Below, piece after piece: positions 54,851 through 64,000 of a stretch of 64,000 bases of DNA. Position 1 is the first letter of the stretch; the number at the start of each line of letters is the position of its first letter. Source of the stretch: Octopus bimaculoides (lineage: Eukaryota); contig NC_068987.1 in assembly GCF_001194135.2 (NCBI RefSeq), forward strand, positions 6,907,703-6,971,702. Reading direction: 5' to 3'. A program made the translations under genes and the position numbers. The notes below the pieces were generated by a model. That model saw nothing but the letters and a program-made list of their open reading frames with translations, had not been told where the DNA came from and did not search any database.

Positions 54851-54965
54851 ATAATTTTTGTATATCTACTTGCTTAACTTACCTGTCTCTATATTTAGTC
54901 CTCTACCTGCTCAAGTTCAAATCTCTTGCGCACTACGAAGAGTATTCTATACAGAGAACACCTGT

Positions 54966-55005
<40 letters not shown>

Positions 55006-55129
55006 NNNNNNNNNNNNNNNNNNNNNNNNNNNNNNNNNNNNNNNNNNNNNNNNNNNNNNNNNNNNNNNNNNNNNNNNNNNNNNNNNNNNNNNNNNNNNNN
55101 NNNNNNNNNNNNNNNNNNNNNNNNNNNNN

Positions 55130-55170
<41 letters not shown>

Positions 55171-55599
55171 GCATGCATATATGGTTGTGTGTAAGTAAGT
55201 AGAGGAAGAGAGAAAATTGTTAAATTAGAAATAAATTAATATGATACCGATTTAGGATTTATAGAGGAATATGAATATTGCCTTAACATGAACAATTACA
55301 CCATGAAATCAGTACTGTATATTATATATTCAGAGTTAAACAATGCGATTCTGAAATTAGATTATCTAATAACTGAAACTAAGTGTTATAGGTCTAACAA
55401 GTATTTTATTTTATTACTTGAATTAACGTTTCTTTTAGTGCATTATTATTCATATTCAGCCTGTTTTATTCATTGTAGAGTCAGGAAAAAAAAAAGAGAT
55501 AACTTGAGAAAATTTACTGGCTCTCTCAGACTGTTAGAAGGGAAAACGTTCAAAAAGTCTTCTTTAGTATTAAAGTATTAATACTCGTCCTATGTATGC

Positions 55600-56720
55600 T
55601 TGTCTTTGAAGTAGATGGTTAAGCTTTTGTTCTAGTGCGGTTAATTGGTATTATGACGGGAGAAATGAGAGTTCAGTTATATATAAACAGTTCTGTGGAA
55701 AGCAAACATCACACTATAGGTGCTGGTGTGCAACGTCAGAGCTGAAGATCTCCAGCGGCATCATCTGCCTGTACCTGTCGACTTTTTACTATTGTCTTTG
55801 AACTTATGAAGAAAGTGCGATGGTATTGCTGCTGGTGCCTTGGTTTACTGAGCAACCTGGAAGATTAATATATTATAGTGGGCATGTCTTGTATAGAGCC
55901 TGTCTCACTCTCTCACCGCCTGTGTAACTTTCACGGATTTGGTGGAAGAATTGCCACAAGTCGAGCACTTTTCAGGTTGCAGGATTTGTAGTATATCCTT
56001 CTTTTGCGGAGCACGTAAAGAGTTGAAGGATCTTATCAGCCGGGACCCGTTGGAGCGTCTGTGAATGACTTTCTTCCGGAGGCAGTTTCATGACAAGATA
56101 ATTATTTCATAGCTGGGAGCTATATTAGAACTGAGAGCCATATTAGAACTGAGAGGAATAATGGCTAAGAGACGGTTCTATACAGCTCAACATATTGAAA
56201 TACCAACCCAAACCACGGCCCCATAATAGGATGCAATTTAAAGTCGCATTCAGGATATGATAAAGAGACTAACAGACGGAAGAATTATATCCTGGCAATT
56301 ATTGCATGTTTGTGAAATGTTTTTGCTTAATGCATTTACTTCTGTGTTGTACTCTAAAATATTCACGATTTTAACCACTTCGTATCCTTCGGCAGTATAC
56401 TAATGTAAAACAACTTCATCAATTATTTTAGCGCATAGATATTTTGCGACTGTTAAGCGGTAGTGGATTCATCCCTCCCTCAGTCTTACGTGTATCTTCC
56501 AGAACGAAGCTAATTTCCATCTATCAGCAATGTCTCTTAATTTTTGTGCTGGAAGCATGCAGTCATATAGAAACAATAATCGGTCTCATTATTTTCGGTT
56601 ACTCTAGTATATCGAGTTGGTAGGTATATCTGCTGGATAGTATACCGAAACCTTGACTTGAAAACGGAGAAGCATGGCACGTCCAACAATCCAGGTGCAA
56701 TCATCTGGGGTATGCCTGTT
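55600..56720 (-). mobile_element. RTE-clade LINE, decayed RT and 3' region
   Basis: On the reverse strand, in RTE order: GIPQMIAPGLL (cf. GVKQGCVLAPTLF), RLLFLYDCML (cf. ELLFADDCAL), IIARI*FFRL (cf. RIAKASAAFGRL), YGSQ, NQG...HKFKDNSKKS (cf. NQGRP..RFKD), and a terminal CDVC. Confidence 0.65.
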
Positions 56721-59302
56721 CATTCGAACAAGAATATCAATGTAGGCCACCCAGATATAATAATCAAGGACAAATATAATAAAAATGACCCTTATGTTGA
56801 TAAAGAAATTGTGAGCTGCTGGATCTAAGGAATAAAATAGTATGATAAAAATCTCTAAACAATATATACCATAAATAGTCATCATTCAATAAAATAATAG
56901 CTTGCACGGTACATACTCTATGAAATGAACATTAAATATAACAATTTCCTAAACACGATTTACACAATAATCATACAAACATAATCTATACAAAATTATA
57001 TGCACGAGATTATAATCTATACAGAATCTATACTCGGGATTATTACATCTCACACTGCAATTCGAGAGGGTTACCAATGAAATATTGCAAGTAGCATTAT
57101 GCATTATGTACAGTACAGATAATACTGGAAAACATAAACAAGTGTGGTGACGAAATGAAACAGAACTATTTCACCACACAAGTTGTACATTTATAAAAGA
57201 CCATAATGTGAAAAATCAGAAAGATCTAGCAGCGCGAAGTTATAGTGTGTGATATAATAATCAGTTTTCTTGATTAGCTACTAACTATAGACACAATTCA
57301 TATAAAGATATTAGTCATTAAAAAGAATACTCACAAAGACGTGTGTGGAATACAAATTATATCAAAACGACGGGAAGTGTCAATGGATAAGGAGACTAGG
57401 TTAAAACTTTATGGAGAAATGTCTAAATAATAAAAACGTAATGAATGAAAGAGTATAATGATGTATTCTCTGTGCCATTAACTTACAACCATTAAGACAA
57501 AATGTGTCAAATTTGGAAGTCTGCTTGTTTTTCAGTTTAGTTGACCTTTCTTATTACTCTAGTGAGTCCTAAATATATGTTGACGAGCTCTTTATTCAAG
57601 GTCGGCAAGTAATTCCCAAAGTCTTGATGCATGTTGACTTTCACTTTGATGATAGTCGATCTTTCCTACGCTTCTTGTATTCTGATCGCCATCTCTTCCT
57701 CGATATGCACTTCGATTGGATGAAGCTCAATCATGTCAAGTGCCTTCTATTAGACGTTTTGTTGGTCTTGCTAAAAAAACTACGAATTTTGTTTCATTTT
57801 ATGATGGGATGAATTCTCGCTGACAGAAAATTAGATCCCCCTATGGTAGTTGTAGCTATTGTTGCTCCTTTAATTCTTGTTCCTGTTGCCCCTTTCGTTG
57901 TTGTATCTGATGGTACTGCTGATGTTGTTATAAATAATAATGATAATAATAGTTAAAAATTTTGGCACATAAATTCCGAGAGAGCTGTAAGACTTTGATG
58001 AAATATCCTCTAGGGAAATGGAAATATATTGCGTTAAGAATCATGGAAAAATTAACACAAATCAGAAAAAAAACATTATTTTCTATCTTAAGAAAAAAGA
58101 ATTCCACAAAAATTCATACTAGAGAATGAAATTAAAAATAATTACGTAGTAAAACAAAAACAACCATCATAAATTGGGAAATGGCTAAAAATATGGTGTA
58201 AATGGGGCTATAGACTGCCATATCAGAGTGATGATAAGAAAAAGCCTACACGGGCAGCACCATATAAATTTATAGACACAAAGAAAGTAATTTCCCAATA
58301 CCGGTTAAGAAACCCGGGCCTCAAAGAAGAAACGGGTAGTATTTTCGATTGTGGCACATATGGCCTTGCTTTCCCAAATGTAAAAATGGATATTTTATCT
58401 GTCTTGAACGGAAAAGATTAACAACTACAATCCATTTCTGTTAATATTAGTAAACCAAAATTTGATTATTTAAGTTATGCCATTACTTAACATATCTATG
58501 AAGAATATAGAAGTGCGAAATATGGTGTTTCAAACTTTACAATTACAATAACATTGATTTTTAGAACTTTCTTTGGTCTGCTCGATCAAGGCTGATATGG
58601 ATCTCAGTTATAATGACAGCAACTATGTAATTAGTAAATGAATTTGTTGGAATTAATCAGCATTCCTAACTCAATTGCTACGTTAATTTCCTTAAATGAT
58701 TTACATGAATTTCCTTCTACTTCATTTGATGATTTCAGTCATAAAATTTCGTAAATTTAGTGTTTCTCTAGGAAATATCAAAGTACAAACAGTAAATTGA
58801 AATTTGATGAGAGCACATGATGTTATTTCACAGTCCATTTTCTGTTTTGAATGTTATTTAAGCTATTTCATCTTTATCAGTAAACAACATTTCGTAGGAG
58901 AATATAAATTAAAAGCTGATACTCTACAGTTTTTATTTTTAATTTTCGGATCTTTTAGTATATTTTTGTAAAGATATAACGCTATATTTTATTACGACAG
59001 ACACATTAATAACATTATCAAACGTTTGGTTGTTATGTATTTATTTCAATCAAGTCTATAAACAAGGTATTGGTTCCTGTGATACAAGGTACTCTCATTG
59101 CAAAATTTCAAAAACAAAGAAAAATGTTTTCTATGTTTCTCATATTTCTCTTATTAATTGGATTTATAGAATAACTGTTACATATCGCATTTGCCTGAGA
59201 TGCGCAAGTCTTTCAAAATTTAGAAAAATAATAAAGTCCACCAATATCTACCTGTACAAATGTAGGTTTATAATTGAAGTACAAAAAGCAATCATAATAT
59301 TC

Positions 59303-59486
59303 TTCTTGGGGAAGGGGCCAGTCAATTAGATCGACGCCAGTACGCAACTGGCACTTTATTTATCGACTCTGAAAGGATGAAAGACAAAGTTGACCTCTGC
59401 GTAATTTGAACTCGGAATGTAAAAACAGACGAAATACCGCTAAGCATTTCACCCGGAGTGCTAACGTTTCTGCCAGCTGACAGCCT
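59303..59486 (-). mobile_element. SINE family A
   Basis: ggccagtcaattagatcgac...aactggcac...gaaaggatgaaagacaaagttgacc...ttgaactc...gaaataccgctaagcatttcacccggagtgctaacgtttctgccagct. Confidence 0.88.
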
Positions 59487-60852
59487 TGCAATCATAAAAC
59501 TTTTACCCAGAGATGTTCTTTTTTCTTTTCTATATTGTCAAATCTTTAATTTTTGTACATACCACCAGGTAGAGGTTTCCAATTCAACATTAGAGAAATC
59601 ATATCTTGTTATGTAGCAACGGCAATTGTCTAATTATGATCGGTCTAGTTCTCTATCAATGATGGTAATTTTCTCAGGTTTACGCAGTACTTAATCAAAC
59701 TTCCTTTTTATCGGAATTCAAATTATTCCCTTTCAAGGTGTTATAAAGTTTGACCTGTCCAATTCCAGGATCTGATAGGATATAATCAGCCCTGAGTATA
59801 TTTTCAGAAGTCCATACTCAACTCAGAAGATATTGCTTTCATCATGTTGGAACTTTCATTAATGGTATTTGTAATTGCACCTCTTCCTTATCGGCTGATG
59901 TTTAAATCACTTTATACGTCAATCACAATATCTCAGAATAGACGTAATATTTCTCCTGCACCTTTCTTGACATAAAATATTATGGCAGTACCACTATTAC
60001 TGTGAGAATATTAAATCAGTTTTAATTTTCATCGTTTTCATTATCAATGACATTTACCGTCTTTAGCTTGGTATTGACACACGTGATGTAATCACATGCT
60101 GAAAGAAAACATCTAGGAAGGAGAACTCATTTTGCGTGAGGAGAAATTCTTCTCTCCGAATGAAATGAAATATACACCTCATCATAAGATCAAAATGGAT
60201 AAAACAGAACATCTGTTTGTTTCAGAATGAGGAAATCTCCAAATCTGTCTAGTGCCTTATTGTTTGGTAGTACCTGAGAAGTGATAGATACTGTGCTTGG
60301 TTTTTTTTTTTTCGAAGTTAACATATATATTCCATATACGATTTTGGTCTTCCTTATATGCGTTGGGTTATTTCTGGTGTCAAACGTGCCCTTATGCCGC
60401 AATGCAAAATCCTTCAGTCGCAGATATGTTCTGGCATTCCTCAACCATTCTTCAGCCTTGTCAGGTATGGACAATACCAATAATCTTCTTGCATTTCGTG
60501 TAATCTTTTATGGCCATTTTTTCGCCCTCTTCTTTCATCTGTGTGGAATGCACTTTATATAGTTCAAAATACCAAAGTATTTATGGTCCCTAAAACTATT
60601 GCTGGTCTTATACCAAAGTTAGAAAAAAGTATTATCATTATTTGTTAATTTCTTCAGACGTTGCTACAGTTGCCTTTTCTATTCGCAATATTACCTTAGA
60701 AATATTTCGATTTTGGATATATTTTTGCGTAGGAGGTTTATTGTGCATTTTGGAAGTCTATTCCGAATCAGCCTACGATAACATTTCTAAAATAGCCATA
60801 AAAATAGTTCATTATGTAACTCTCACTCTCTTTCACATTCTTTCTCTGTAGC

Positions 60853-60898
<46 letters not shown>

Positions 60899-61550
60899 GC
60901 TCACGCCTTTCAAATCATTCAGAGAGGTGAAGAATGTCTCCTCACGCAAAATCGGGTCTCCCTCATAGACGTGTTCTTTCGAAGCAGTAGGTGTCTCATA
61001 TTTAAAGGCGATGTACCCATCCACTATTTCCTGTGCGGTTTATTGCCTCCCTTCACTTTTTGGTGTTGGTGTATATCATTAACACTATAGAATTAATATT
61101 TCTACTTTATATCGAAGTGTGTCTAACTACATCTGAACTATCACGAACTTTTTCATTCCCGAGTCCTCCTAACTCCATGCAATATATATTCTTGGGTATA
61201 TTGTGATTTGTATGGTTAATCTTTCAAAATACACTGTCTGACTGGACTTATATCGTTTCCAAAACATGGCTAAGAAAATATGTGTGTGCATATGTGTGTG
61301 TGCATATGTGTGTGTGCGTGTATGTGTATACGCGCGTGTGTGCGAGTGTCTGTGCGTGAGTACATTCATATATATAGCATAGGCATATATATGCATATAT
61401 TCTTACATTCATACATGCCCATATCCACTGACACACACGTATGCGTTCATGTGTGGATGCGTGCATGTTATTTTGAAATTCATTCTCTGTATATTTTTAA
61501 ACGAATTCATAATTATATTTATATGTACGATTTCAGATTGCTCATGTATG

Positions 61551-61585
<35 letters not shown>

Positions 61586-63024
61586 NNNNNNNNNNNNNNN
61601 NNNNNNNNNNNNNNNNNNNNNNNNNNNNNNNNNNNNNNNNNNNNNNNNNNNNNNNNNNNNNNNNNNNNNNNNNNNNNNNNNNNNNNNNNNNNNNNNNNNN
61701 NNNNNNNNNNNNNNNNNNNNNNNNNNNNNNNNNNNNNNNNNNNNNNNNNNNNNNNNNNNNNNNNNNNNNNNNNNNNNNNNNNNNNNNNNNNNNNNNNNNN
61801 NNNNNNNNNNNNNNNNNNNNNNNNNNNNNNNNNNNNNNNNNNNNNNNNNNNNNNNNNNNNNNNNNNNNNNNNNNNNNNNNNNNNNNNNNNNNNNNNNNNN
61901 NNNNNNNNNNNNNNNNNNNNNNNNNNNNNNNNNNNNNNNNNNNNNNNNNNNNNNNNNNNNNNNNNNNNNNNNNNNNNNNNNNNNNNNNNNNNNNNNNNNN
62001 NNNNNNNNNNNNNNNNNNNNNNNNNNNNNNNNNNNNNNNNNNNNNNNNNNNNNNNNNNNNNNNNNNNNNNNNNNNNNNNNNNNNNNNNNNNNNNNNNNNN
62101 NNNNNNNNNNNNNNNNNNNNNNNNNNNNNNNNNNNNNNNNNNNNNNNNNNNNNNNNNNNNNNNNNNNNNNNNNNNNNNNNNNNNNNNNNNNNNNNNNNNN
62201 NNNNNNNNNNNNNNNNNNNNGTATGTATAAGTAATGTTTATCGCCACCTTAAGGAACTAGGTGGCTAGTTATGTATTTATACACACACACACACTCCACT
62301 TTTACCCGCTCCCATTGATTGCACCTAGTATAGCACTAGCGTAGCAATAATTGGGTACCCTCCCAGCAGTATACTGGATAGATACTATCCCTTAGTGGGT
62401 TGTACCCCCAACCCCTAACTCTCTCACGTTATATATATATATATATATATATAAATATATATATATATACATAAAAATGACATATATATATATATATATG
62501 TCTATATGTGTGTATATAATATACATAGTATATATGCTATATATATAGTCATATACAATGCATACATACATCATACATACAGACATCTATATACATGTAT
62601 ATATATCATATATCGTATATATATCAGATATAAGTCACAGAATTCACAAGACTAGACATCAATGTCTAAGCGTAATCAAAGCCTAATGAAGTTTACTATG
62701 GAGAAAAAAACCCCCAACAAATACGACAACGCAGAATAATCGAAGTCATTTGAACTGCGCGATGTAAATCGAAGAATTGGGTATTCTGCAAGAATGAATA
62801 TGAAGAGCTATAGCAAACATGATGCAAGTTATCGAATGAGATCAATTTTTGAAATAATGAAATTTACGATATAATTGCAGGTGGTAACGATTGAAAATTT
62901 GAGGAGAAAAGAATTAAACTTTCTCCATAATTAACGTATCATTAAGAGGTTTGACTGTTTTTCTGTAGAAATGAGGAAATGTTTAATCACAATTCTACTT
63001 CGAAAGGCATCTTCAGCAAACGTA

Positions 63025-63115
63025 TTTCAAATGTGATTCCAAAATTCAAATGTGATTCCAAAATTCAAATGTGATTCCAAAATTCAAATGTGATTCCAAA
63101 ATTCAAATGTGACTC
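63025..63115. repeat. 19-bp minisatellite (ttcaaatgtgattccaaaa), four perfect copies plus a partial copy
   Basis: atgtgattcc recurs at 63031, 63050, 63069 and 63088. A variant atgtgactct is at 63107. Confidence 0.95.
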
Positions 63116-63948
63116 TAGAATTAAAGAAACAGATTAAATAAATGTTTATGCTCTTGGATAATTACACAAACAAAATGAAAATGCTTCAAGAGAAAGTATT
63201 TCGGTTCGATACGTACACCAGGAATAAATATACATGAACTAGGACATCAAACTCATAAGAATGTATATTAGATTCCGTACCAGATTATTTGTATATTTTT
63301 TCATATACGTGTATGTACATAGATAAATACATACAGACAGACAATCAGACAGCCAAACACACAGACAGACACACACAAACATATATATACACACATAATT
63401 TATGTGTACATATATATATGCGTGTATGTGTGTACGTGTGTGTGCTGTATAATATGTGCGTATCCGTTAATACAGATACAACATAGAATACAAGATAGAA
63501 TTGATCGCAGGCGTATATTGGCATGTTAACGGCAATTTACTTCGAACTTACTTTTTCTGATCTCTTTATGGCTATTCTTTTTTGCTCAAATGTTTTATAT
63601 TTGCAGGATTTAATAAACTTCAAAACCCGTACAATTACGGTTCAACAATTATAACTCAATTTATTTTTCTTATACTTTACACTAACATATATATGTGTGT
63701 GTGCGTGTATGTGAATGTATGTGTGTGTAAGTGAGTATGTGTGTGAGAGAGTGTGTAGGTACATGTGCCCTTGTCCGGCGTGTATCTCTATAGAAGTATA
63801 TATATATATATGTCAAAACATGATGCACGCATAGACATACACACACACTAATAGATACTAATACATAGACACGTATATCAGGGATAAATATACATTCATT
63901 AGTATCTATGAATACTAATATCTTTACACAAATCTGCAATGTGTGTGT

Positions 63949-64000
<52 letters not shown>

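Noticed and set aside
57400-57630. Minus-strand frame containing LWELLADL ... SLRFYY, reminiscent of an ETS domain
   Set aside because: There are four stops in about 65 codons, and the internal ETS spacing (second W to LRYY) does not fit. Probably chance or an unrecognised decayed repeat. A TBLASTN or HMM search with the ETS profile would settle it.
61280-62247. Long ORFs in the supplied track (up to 316 aa) and the similar YI, HT, CV and poly-X ORFs throughout the window
   Set aside because: They are translations of (TA)n, (CA)n or (TG)n microsatellites and N-gaps, not genes.

Overview
Eukaryotic, AT-rich, microsatellite-dense genomic DNA with 12 N-gaps (71-318, 1809-1875, 4667-4848, 5521-5728, 29476-29624, 37520-37623, 43760-43974, 47461-47919, 48887-48993, 54097-54270, 55006-55129, 61586-62220). 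The SINE and microsatellite landscape looks like an Octopus (coleoid cephalopod) draft assembly; this is an inference. Nearly all ORFs in the supplied track are microsatellite or gap artefacts. The one real gene is on the + strand: a voltage-gated proton channel (Hv/HVCN1 family). I could splice seven phase-compatible GT-AG exons by hand (13444-13565, 34198-34322, 41746-42068, 44950-45003, 46868-47006, 47267-47382, 49740-49830; 970 nt, 323 codons, no stops). The start-codon exon and the terminal exon are not resolved. The channel keeps the D112-equivalent selectivity aspartate but is atypical. S4 lacks the first arginine (LPWRVIRVVN, like Aplysia Hv3). S2 has Gly and Leu at the E153 and F150 positions. 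The S1-S2 extracellular loop is about 90 aa and carries two N-glycosylation sequons and a furin-type RSRR site. The introns hold many tRNA-derived SINEs and decayed R4/Dong, RTE, Tc1 and Gypsy remnants. They also hold a ~425-bp inverted duplication that looks like a SINE 5' transduction, a triple SINE stack sharing one target-site duplication, several inverted repeats and a cluster of antisense splice-like signals.
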